From: Malacoraja senta
Taxonomy: Eukaryota
Assembly: GCA_038087875.1 (NCBI GenBank)
Contig: JAXLNO010002508.1
Coordinates: 62,001 to 126,000, forward strand
Direction: 5' to 3'
DNA length: 64,000 bases
Positions 48,001 through 60,000 of this stretch are shown piece after piece; within the stretch, counting starts at the first letter, position 1; every line of letters starts with the position of its first letter. Position numbers and translations under genes: made by a program. The notes under the pieces are model-generated. The model had not been told where the DNA came from. It ran no database searches and was given only the letters and a program-made list of their open reading frames with translations.

Positions 48001-51000
48001 TCTACGGAAAAGATGTCTCATTATACATGTTCAAAGCATTTTGGAAAGTTCAATTAAGCTAAACAAGTAGGACCATAGTGAAGTAGCCATTTAGCTTAAC
48101 TCAGTATGTTATAACTATAACCAGTTATCTTTAAATTTTATCTGCCTGTAATTATGTGGTTGGGATTTATACGTAGTCTGAGGAGTGTTTGTGGCTGGGA
48201 TTCTCGCGCAGACTCGCTAGTTGTTAGTTTAGTTTGAAGAAGCATGGGGGTGAGGTCACAGCTTTCGATTATGCACGAGTAAGATCAAAATGTACTTTTA
48301 CAAAAAGAAGTTTGGATGAATATCTTACTGTTTTTACTACTACAATAAAGAATCTATTAATCAAGAGACTGTGTTCGGAAGATTTATCTTTTGACGGCAT
48401 TGAATGTCTCGTGGAGAGCTCGTGGGAGCGTATCGATTATCTTCTGATCCCGTCTTCAATTAGTGACTAAAGGACTAAATCCTTGAAACTATATAAAAAT
48501 CTGTCATTACACATAGGTTGGTCCACTCGGTACGAAATTAAAAACAGAAAATGCTGGAAACACTCAGCAGATGGGAAAGAGTTATTTTTGCAGATCAGGG
48601 ACTTTTTGTCAGGCAGAAGGTCTCCAACCTGGAATGTTAACCTTGTTTCTCTTTCCACCTATGTTGCCTTACCTTTTGAGTAATTGGAACAATTTGTTTT
48701 TATCCCAAGTTTTCAGAATCTGTAGTTTGTTTTTATTTTTATTTTCAAACAGAATTCAAGCAAGAGATAAGTGTACCATTCTCAAATCAACTGATCTTCA
48801 CTATTTTTCAGTCAGAGCAAGTTCCTTCTAAATTAACTTTTCAGACTAACACAAATTGCTAATTTTTTCTTTTACTAAGTTGTAAAATGCATAAATAGCA
48901 AAAATTGAACAACATATGTTAATTCATTAAAAAAAACCCAAAGAATTCGCGATTCAAATTATGTATAGTGTTTGAACATGGGAGCTATTGGCGCGTTATT
49001 ATATTTCTAACATGAGCGAACAATAGGAATCATATCTGCATACCTGGCTGGCATCTTTTACATGGATATTATCAATTAGTTTACAAAGTAACCAGAAATA
49101 TTCCTTGCAACCTGCTCGCAATACCGATTCCTCTTCATAATCTATCTCCTGCAAACAAAGACACTCCACTTTAGCACTGGCATATAATGCACCAATTTTA
49201 TCAGCAAGTATATACTTCCATCTTCTTTTCACCAGCTTTTTTCCTGCAACTGATGCCTAAAAGGGATAATTGACCAGCTGTCTCCTTAAAACACAAATAA
49301 TTTATTTCAAACACATAATATATGAATTAAAAACTGGATGTTGAATTTTCTACAACATGGATCACAATGCATTACATTGTGCAAAGTCATCCCAACCCAA
49401 ACTTTGAAGTTTTCCAAACAAGTTATAATTAAATATTAGAAATTGTTAAAGGGACTATAATATTACTGCACGCTTTTCTCAGTTCACATTTCTTTGACAC
49501 CATTTATTACATGTTCCTTGTCCTCTGCTCTGTCCTTCAGAATTTGCAGGAAGCCCATGCATAACTTTTTCTCCATCATTTCCTGGAGAAGGATTGTCAC
49601 GAGAGGGGAGAGAGTGAGTCAGGAGGCCTGGGTACAAAAGTGGTCGGCTCATCAGTGGGCAGAGGGAGTTTGATCATGGGAGCAGCTAAGCACCCCTGAC
49701 TCTCCCATAACGGGTGTTTCACAGGCACTTACAGATCTCACTTCCTCAATAAGTCAATCCCAAGGACCAGAAAACGTCAACCTTAAATTTAAAAGGAAAG
49801 TAAAATCTTATGCACATTGAATTAACAATCGAGATTTTTAACATTCTATCCGGCTCATTTGGGCCTGGTGCAATGTAAAAAATCTTAATCCTGGATTGAC
49901 GACTTGTGACAAGATTTCATCATCCTATTGTATAATGTAACCACATTACACTTGGTTACATTATCTTTAATAAATCAAGTTACTTTGGAAAAGATATCCA
50001 GCAAGGAAATAATTAAGCTACGTTATGTAGAGGTTTGCCATGGGATAGCAATGTTAATTGGGTTTGAAGTAATTCTTACCCTGACAGGCTTCAAAGTTTG
50101 AGCATCAGGAAGGAATTTTAGTAACGTTGATGCAGCTAGTAAAAGGAAAGATCGATTTATTGATTCTCCACCATCTAAACCGGAAAGGCACAACTTATAC
50201 AGCCCACTGCAAGCTTCATGTCGAACTGATGCCTGGAACAAAAAGATTCACATATGGACAAGGTATATAATGCAGAACAATATTACAGAAATAGAAAATT
50301 TACATGTCAACTGGAAAAAATACTATCAACTTCTTAAAATAATTCATATATTCATAAATCATTGTATATGTTTGATTAAGATATAAAAGTTTACCTCTGG
50401 TACAAGCAGAGTTAGTTTTTTCAGCCAATCGTGTAAATGTTCACTATCTGCCATGCTGGATTTGACTAACGAACAACAGTGAGCCCAACTCACTAACAAC
50501 CACATAGCATAATGAGTGACTGAAATATAAAGGCAAAACTCTAAGAGATTAAAAGTCAAAACAGCTTAATCAACATATTAACACAAAGTGTTGGAGTAAC
50601 ACAGCTGTTCATGCAGCATCTCCATAGAACATGAATAGTTGACGTTTCAGGTTGGGAACCTTCTTCACATCAACTATTTATGTTCTCCAGAGATGCTGCC
50701 TGACCTGCTGAGTTACTCCAGCACTTTTGTATTTTTTCCCCTTGTAAACCAATATCTACAGTTCCTTGAGTCTCAATAAAAATATTGATTGCCTTCAGGA
50801 CATCATGCATAGTTTACAAAATTAATCCAAAATGGTTTATAATGTTTTCGAAGTAATAATCACAACTTCCATTTAATATTTTTGTTATAGTATAACTTTA
50901 TTTTACTAGCTCAAATGCTTTTTACAATGCTTGAGCACATATTTTGATAATTTACTCAACCTTCAGCTCTTAGCTGTTTTAAAGAAAATGTCTTTAATGG

Positions 51001-54000
51001 GTTTCTGACAGTGTTTTGATAAAAATCTATCATTTATGAATTAATAATGGTATATTGCTAAATATTAATTTTATTGCAATTAAATTAATGTACAACCTAC
51101 CTTCATGCCTGGATCGATGATCAGATTGGGCTTTAAGGACTCTACAATTATTAAAAAAAAAAAAAAATGAAATTACATTTCTTAAATTATGAGGAAATTG
51201 AATGTTATATGTAATTAGCAGTTTCTTGCTGGTGTGGGCACTTCATAGTGTCCACTGTTCACTACACTTCAGTTTGAAAGTATTTTCCAGGCTAACTCGA
51301 CAAAATGCAAACTGCAAACAACAAAGAAACCAGTCTAGTAAATCGCAAATCCAACAATGAGTATTTAGCAAATGGGATTTAAGAATCAACAAAATAAACT
51401 GATGAATGGCAGTCTAGAGAGCAAATTGGTGAAGATGAATTGGAAACAAATAGTCATAAAAAATAATTTAAAAGAAAAATGTTGGAAACATTCAGCAGGT
51501 TAGGTCAGTTTCTGCAGAAAGAGAGCTTACGATTCAGTTGGAGACTTTTTTTAAATCAGAACTGAGAAAGAGGAATTAATTGCATTTTAAGTTGCAGAGA
51601 AGGTAGAGGAAGAACGGATAGAACAAGGAGAATGTCTCAGGGTGAGTTTAAAGGAATTAATATAGCAATGAAAAGCAGATTATGTATTAGGATTAGGGAT
51701 AACCTAAACACTTATTTTCTATGTTGCTGATAGCAAGGCTGTGTGGGGCATACGCAACCGGCTAGGCTACACCAACAGAGACAGTAAAAGTAAACCAACA
51801 TCACAGATGGATGACTGGCAGAAATAGCGGTTTTGAAACTGAACAACAGAAAGAGTTGCTACATGCTCAGATAGAAGACAAAGAGTTGTTCCTCAATATT
51901 CTGGCTGCCTGCAACTTGAATTCACCATCCCATTTCCACTCCAACTTAACTACCTATGGCTTCCTGCACTGATGGAAAAAGGCCTAACACAAATTTGAGG
52001 AACAACACCTCATCTTCCATCTGAAGAAATTGCAGCCTTTTGGACAATATATAATCTCTAAATTTAGGTAGCTCGCTCTTTTTTCCTGTTTGTATTTCTG
52101 TTGTCATCTGTCTTGTATTTTTGTCATCTTTCCCTGACGTTGACTAAGTTTTTCCTCTCTACATTAGTATAATCTGGTCCACAATAGAGAACATAAAGAA
52201 AGATGCATAATATACTTCCAAAAGCCACATTACATTTACTCTCACCGTGTCAGGGATACTTCCTTTGCTTTACCCATGCCATCCTCATTTTTGGTGCAAC
52301 TGAAACTAACTTATTTTCTCTCTTTCCTAGTTCCAACAAAGGGTCTCAGCCATGAAAAGTTAACTTCCTTTCTTATGCCACCGACTTGCTGGGTGTTTTT
52401 AACACTTTCGGTTTATATTTCAGAGTTCCAGCATTTGCAGTTCTTTTTAGTTGTTCAGAAATAAACATGACAAGAAACCGTGAATTGAGATGGGGGAAAA
52501 GATTTAAAGACAAACCAAAAAAAACCTGACTTTTAAATCTCTACTCACATGCTGCACCAGAATGAGATACTACCTGTTCTTTCCAAAGGCACTAACATAT
52601 ATTTACAATTTACACAAAAATATTTGGAGCAAATATAATAGGAAATCAGTGTCCAAATCTAGAAAGTTCTTAAAAATAACAACGATAACAAGTGAGAGAT
52701 ATCGTTTGGACGAGAGAAAAGGTGGATTGGAGATTACCAACTCATGATATTTCTCTGCGTCTCTCAAACTAGCTGGCCTATTTAAATACCAATGAGTGTA
52801 CTATTGAAACACTTATTTTTCCAAGAAAATTTGGACTAATGTTAAACAAAATATTGAACATAAATATGATATAACTTTTACACAATTATTTTCATGGCTT
52901 TACCTATGAGCCAAGTTGCTGTAGGTATAAGCAACAGTCATTAGCCGATAAATCAAACCAGATCCATGTACCAGGCTGAGAAATATCTAAAATAGAAATA
53001 AAATTAGTTAGATTTAGTATGATACAAAGTGCAACACAGAGTAGAAGAATATTGAAAACATTGCAAAATAAATCAAAGGCACTAACCTCAGTCAAACGAG
53101 GTATATGTAATCCTTTCCCGTGATCACCAGCTCCTTTCCTTGATTTCCCAGGCCAGGTCCTTTTTCTATGGTTGTCTGAGACACCAGACCAGGCATAGAT
53201 GTCGTGATAAGCCAGGTCTAAATCACCTGGATCAACTGCAAACTGGCACATTAACTTCAGCAGACAGGCAAGGCAGTCCAGCTGCCACTAGGAACAAGGA
53301 GGATAAGCAAATCAAATGTGTTTAAATGTTAAAACATGTCAACTTTTGAATATAAATTATAAAATATAAAGACATTGACTAAATCCTAAAATAAAAAAAG
53401 TGAGGCATTGAATTTTTAGTAATAGAAAAATCAATAATTTTTTACAACATTTAAGTTTACACAAAAAAAGTTTTAAAAGTTTTGGCTTACAACCAAAATA
53501 ATCTATATTTAATATTAGTACTATATCCCAGGTCCAAATTATAGGGACGGTTGATTGCGAGTTCGTAAGAGTCATAGAGTGATACAGTGTGGAAACAGGC
53601 TCTTCGGCCCAACTTGCCCACACCAGCCAACATGTCCCAGCTATACTAGTCCCACCTGCCCGCGTTTGGTCTATATCCCTCCAAACCTGTCCTATCCATG
53701 TACCTGTCTAGCTGTTTCTCAAATGGTGGGATGGTCCCTGCCTTAACTACCTCCTCTGGCAGCTTGTTCCATACACCCATCACCCTTTGTATGAAAAAGT
53801 TACTCCTCAGATTCATATTAAATCTTTTCCCCTCCACCTTAAACCCATGTCCTCTGGTCCTCGATTCACTTACTCTGGAAAAGAGACTCTGTGCATCTAC
53901 CCAATCTCTTCCTCTCATGATTTTATACACCTCTATAAGATCACCCCTCATCCTCCTGCGCTCCAAGGAATAGAGTCCCAACCTACTCAGCTCTCCTTGT

Positions 54001-57000
54001 AGCTCAGACCCTCTAATCCTGGCAACATCCTCGTAAATCTTCTCTGTTCAACAAGTAGTCTTGTTTATGAACCAGACTACTTTATTTAGTATCACCATGT
54101 TCATGTATTTGCTTTGGCATAACTTGGTCTTAACAAAGAAATTAGGAGCAGTCCTTCAGCCTACTCACTGCCATTCAATATATCCTCTATCCAGTTTTCA
54201 CCACCCTGATCTGTGTTACCACTCGAAGGATCTGTGGACTTGTACACCAAGTGTCTTTGTTCCTTAATCGTCTCCAAGGTCCTACCTTGCATTGCTTATG
54301 TCTAACCTTATTTGATTAGGCCCCCGCCTCCCCCCCACACCAAAGTGCATAAACTCACATTTATCAAGATTAAATATGATGTTATTGTGACTGTATTTAA
54401 ACAAATGTAAGCACTTAACTTCAAACTGAGAAATTCTACTTTCTCAGCCATAATAAAATGAAAAAATTGTGAATTTTAGAATTGTTAACCTCCAGTAAAG
54501 TTCAACAAAAATATTGTAGACATTACAGCAGTGCAATTTGTAGAAATGAACATACGATAAAATTTACAATTTATTTTCACTTTTTAATTTTGCCCCTTTA
54601 CTAGTAGCGAAAAAATATTAAAGTATTATAAAAATGTCTGCAAGTTGTTCCCAAGATACGGCAGAGTCTATTCCTGAGAGCAGTTCACAAGTTGAAAATG
54701 CAGCCGCAGAGTTCACACATGGCAGAAAATGCCTGAACCGTACAGTAGCCGGAAAACCCATCCAGCCGGTTTTCCTTCATATGTACTAGCTGTATGGAGG
54801 TCAGGCATTCGTAAGCTGGGCAGGCCATGTAATCACTTCAACGCTTCAGGATGGAATTAGCCCTTACCACAGTCCATGATTCCTGCTCCTTTGGTTCTAA
54901 AATCCCCGATAAAAAAATTTCCAGTAATTGCTGAAGTCCCCCAGCAGCAACAAACTGAAACATAGAATAATACAAGCATAGAGTTAGACAGCATGCAAAC
55001 TAACCCTTCGTGCCAACTCATCCATGCCCACCAAAATGCCTCCCAGAGCTAATCCCATTTTCCTGCATTTGGCCCATATTTAACCTTTCCCTATCCATAT
55101 ACCTGTTTAAATGTCTTCTAAGTGATTGCACCACCCTCTAGTCGTCTCATATACCCACCACATGACCTGTCTGAAAACTTGCCCCTCAGATTCTCTCTAA
55201 ATCTTCCTTGTCTCATCTTAAACCAATATTCTCTAGTTTTAGATTCCCCATGCAATGAGAAAACAAATATGATCATCCATCTTATTTATGCCTCTCAAGA
55301 CTTTATAAACCTCTAATGTTATCCTTCAGTCTTCTACACTCCAGGGAAAATAGTCCCAAACTATTCAGTCTCTCTTGAGATGCCCTCCAGTCCCAGCAAC
55401 ATCCTTGTGAAACTTTCTGGCACCTTTTACAGCATAGCCAAATAGATTGCTCAGATTGACAATTGTCAGAAATTCTTTCTGAAGCTGTAAACAAACTTAA
55501 AATAACCATGTGGCCAATTGGAAAGTATATTCCTTCCAGTTCCATATTCTAGTTACCTGCCAATATTTCTTTATTCTGCTATCTATCGATTGCTTTTATC
55601 AATTCACCGCTTTTTAGCAACAGAAAATGCTGTTTGGGAAGGGGAGCATATAGTCAGGTGTGTGCAACATTCTGCTTATCTGGCAAGTGTCACTGAATAG
55701 TAAGAACATGTCTGGCTTCAAATACACAAATATTTACTTCTGTCACTGTTGTCAAAATATTTGTCACTGGAAATGTTGTGGTTATAACAAGGCCTACAAA
55801 AGATACGAATCATTAAAATGCCTCTCATTGCGATTCCAAACGTCATCTTTTACCCTTTGATGTAGTTTAACTAGATCGATACGTGACCATACAGCGTAAA
55901 AAGAGCCCATTTGACTAAACTTCCCTGTCAGCATTTAACCCCAACATGGTCATCATGGACAAAGGAGAGTCAGTGCTTGGTGTTTACTTGAATTTTCAGA
56001 AGGCTTTGGACTTTAAACTTTAGAAATACAGCGCGGAAACAGGCCTTTCAGCACACCGAATCCGCGTTGACCAGCAATCGCCCCACATACTAACTCTATC
56101 CTACATACACTAGGGATAACTTACAATTTTACCAAAGCCAATTAACCTACAAACCTGTACGTATTTGGAGTGTGGGTGGAAACCGGAGCACCCGGAGAAA
56201 ACCCACACGATCACAGGGAGAACGTACAAATTTCTACAGACAGCACCCATAGTCAGGATTGAAGCAAGGTCGCTGGCACTGTAGGGCAGCAGCTGTGCCA
56301 CCCATAAGGCCTTTGACAAGGCACCACATGTGAGGCTGCTAAACAAGATAGGAGCCCATGGCATTAGAGGCTAGGTACTAGCATGGATAGACTACCGGAG
56401 AGGTAGAAGGCAGAAAGTGGAAATAAAGGGAGCCTTTTATAGTTGGTGACATGGTGATTCGCAGGAGTTGGTCTTGGGTCCGCTGCTTTTCACGTTATAT
56501 GTTAATGATAGGGAAGATGGAATTGATGGCTTTAAGGCCACGTTTGTGGATGTTATGAAGATTGGCGGCAGGGCAGGGAGCGTTGAGGAAGCAGGGATGT
56601 TGCAGAAGTATTTGGTAGAAGGAATAAAGGAGTTTTCTACATGGGGAGAGGGTTCAGAAATCAGTGGTGCAAAGGGACTTAGGAGTACTTATGTAGGATT
56701 GCCAAAAGGTTAATTTGCTGGTTGAGTCAGTGGTATGGAAGGAAAATGCAATGCAAGCATTCATTTAGAGGGGACTAGAATATAAAAGCAAGGATGTAAT
56801 GCTGAGGCTTTATAAGGCACTGGTGAGGCCATATTTGGAATATTGTGAACAGTTTTGGGCCCTATATCTGAAGATGGATGTGCTGGCATTGGAGACGGTC
56901 CAGGGAAGATTTACAGGCCTGGATAGAGTGGATGTGGAAAGGATTTTTCCATTAATGAGTCTAGCACCAGAGGGCACAGCTTCAGAATAAAAGGATACGT

Positions 57001-60000
57001 CTTCAAAATGGAGATGAGGAGGAATTTCTTTAGCCAGAGGGTGGTGAATTTGTGGAATTTATTGCCACAGAAGGCTCTGGTGGCCAAATATTGGGTATTT
57101 TTAAAGCGAAGATTGATAGGTTCTTGATTAGTAAGGGCATCAAAGGTTACAGGAGAATGGGGTTGAGGGGGGGGAAATAGATTAGCCATGACTGAATGGC
57201 AGAGTAGACTCAATGGGCCAAGTGGCCTAATCCAGCTCCCATGTCTCATGGTCTTATGATCAGCTCGATGGGTGATAATAGGAGGCAACTTAATGGAGCA
57301 AACATCAGGTTTCAAAACACCTAACACCCATTTCCCCAAAAGAATGATTATTTTGGGAAGATGTGCTATATTTAATGCCTTTGAAAGATCATACAAAAAT
57401 GTGAAAATATTTTGTACGTTTAAATCTTTCCCGCAATGCATCACTACGCTCTGCGGCAATTCCACCCCCATCCCTCCCAAATCTCAAAGCACAAATATTT
57501 AGCTGGGGGTGAATTGTTTATTCCACAACGTTTATGTTGTTATTTAAGCTTCCAGACAGGGCCAATATAACTTTATTTCATTGTATTTAAGAGTCAATTC
57601 CTCCTTCATTTCATAACACATTGGGCTGACAGATTTCGATGTTTTATCCATTTAAAGAACATATTAAACTGACCTTGCAACTCCAGGAATTTTTACTGTT
57701 CTCTATCTGATCTTCACTTGAATCATCCGAGTCAGGATACAGATCACTGTAGCTACCCTGGAATAAAGTTGTATTAAAAATGAACTGCAGTAATAGAATA
57801 ATCACATAACTATTAAAGAGTCCTTCAAATTTGTTTTTATTTAATAATAGGTCTGACGAGAAATTATATTTTGAGCCAAATAGGAGGTAAAAATGATATG
57901 CAATAAAGTAAATTTGGGCTGTGCAAAAAGTTTTTCATACTTTTCCACTTGCCAAATAGATATTACTTTTAATTGTAAATATGTGAAAGTGTATGGCAGT
58001 GACATTTAATAATGATGAAGGAAGTGAATTAAATATATTTTTTATTAGAATAGAGCATGTTGCAAATACACAACTGACCAGGTAGTTGAACAGGGAGAAG
58101 GAAACAGAAGTAACATTTCAAGCTGAATGAATCTAAACCAGAAAATGGTATACAACATTTTGAGCACATATGCAAATAAATCATGTGGGGGGAAATTAGG
58201 AAATTAAAAATGTGTAAGGTGTGTGAAAAACTGGAAAGTAAAAAGTGATTAAATGAGTCCAACAAGGAAGACAAAAAATAGACCAATAATTTGGACCTGA
58301 TTTTATTGAACATGATTTTCAGACCAGTGTTGTAATGTTTCCAATTGAAACAGACTATTGCACTTTCAAAGTAGATAAAAGCGAACAAGCAGAACGCAAT
58401 GGGATTGGGATGGGAAAATAAAATGGGAAATGATCAACACAAGATGGAATCTGTGAACAGAACAGAGATGCTCAGCAAGTTGATTGCACTATTTAATTAT
58501 TTTAGTCCTCTACTGCAAAAGAGGATGCATCATATGCTTATTAATGTACTTAACTAAATCATTGCTTCATCAGGAAGTAGGTTTGGAGTTTGTACAGTTG
58601 GAATACAAGTGGTAAAACATCACTCTATGGCACTCCCCTTCCCATAGCATCTTCTGATTCCATTCTCCTATGCTTGAATCGGAAGGTGCAAGAGAGTAGG
58701 GAGTACCAAAAGGTGACAGACAGGAAAATGGATACAAGTGTCAGAGAAGGAGTGGTCAGTCAAAACACTGAGGGGAGGAGAGGGAAGACATGCTGAGAGC
58801 TGGAGTTGCCAGAAATGGCAGGCAAATGTTAATGTTGAGGCATGAGGAGGAAAGGAATCCTATCATGACAATGGAAGATTTTTTTTTCATTTACTATTTG
58901 TTTTTATAATTCAGGCATCATGCATGCATTGCTCCTCACAAATTGCTCTGGAAAGTTATGAGCCACCTTCTTGAAAGAGGTGTGGTCCTATTAAGCAAGA
59001 TGGAGAGTTCTTGTCCAGATCTTTGCTGAAAGCTTTTTCTGAGGGTAGTAGGAGGTGACATTATCTTATCATCAACTGCAAAATCAGGCCAATAAGATCA
59101 ATACAGAATAAACAAACATCAATTACCGTTGATGCTCTTCTTATTCTCCTGTTAGGTTTCCCCAAGGCCTCAATAATTTCGAGTGCGTACAGGAGTTTAT
59201 GAGGACTTTTTATTTTAAGCAAGTCGTTCCAGCAGTGTCCATCATTCCCCTTCAAGTGAAACACATCGGAAGAATGCTAACCACAATATTGAATATCAAA
59301 AAATTCAGGAAAGTGAATTGCTTTCAGTGTATTGTACTTGGCCTACATTTGGCTTTTAGAGATAGGCTGACATAGTGTAATGCAGGGATTATTTTGATTT
59401 ATTCAAATCAGTACCACAAAACTCCATCCATAACTCCATGCGAAAATCCTGCTTTGCTTATCATTAGCAGAATAAATTCAGCAGATTTCTAGATGATTTT
59501 TAATACCTAGATTGTCGCCAATCTATCAAATTAAACTCGCATATTACAGTTCTAAAAATTACAGTTAGATCACTTCAAAGTGGCAGCTATCATTGGTGTG
59601 GGACTAGAGTAAATTATAAGCCTCCAGTTTGTCACTGACAATTTTCATTCCCAAAAGTTGAGCTTTTAATACAATATATTTACATAGTACTATGGTTGGA
59701 TATGAAACAGTCCCTTCATTAACAGATCAGGCATCAAAATTACTTATGTTTCACGTGTAACATGGACATTTACATGTACAAAATGGGCTGAATGGCCTTG
59801 TTTTGTCTCCGTGCACTCATTGTAACGCTGCAATGCCATCACACTCATAACAATTAAATGTTGCAGTGTTAAAACCACACAACAAACCAAAAATCTTTGT
59901 ATAGAGTCATAGATTTATACAGCATGGAAAGGTCCTTTTTGACCCAACTTGCCCACACCAACCAACATGCCCCATCTACACTAGCTGCAAATGCCTGCAT

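Noticed and set aside
49146-49151. CAG-GAG tandem (NAGNAG) acceptor
   Set aside because: GAG is a weak acceptor and the CAG site gives a good exon; no evidence of alternative use.
54598-54790. ctag-ended segment with a subterminal hairpin (Helitron-like)
   Set aside because: Termini and hairpin are too ambiguous to support a call.
56911-57480. 189-aa minus-strand ORF
   Set aside because: Mostly antisense to a CR1 3' end; no independent coding signal.
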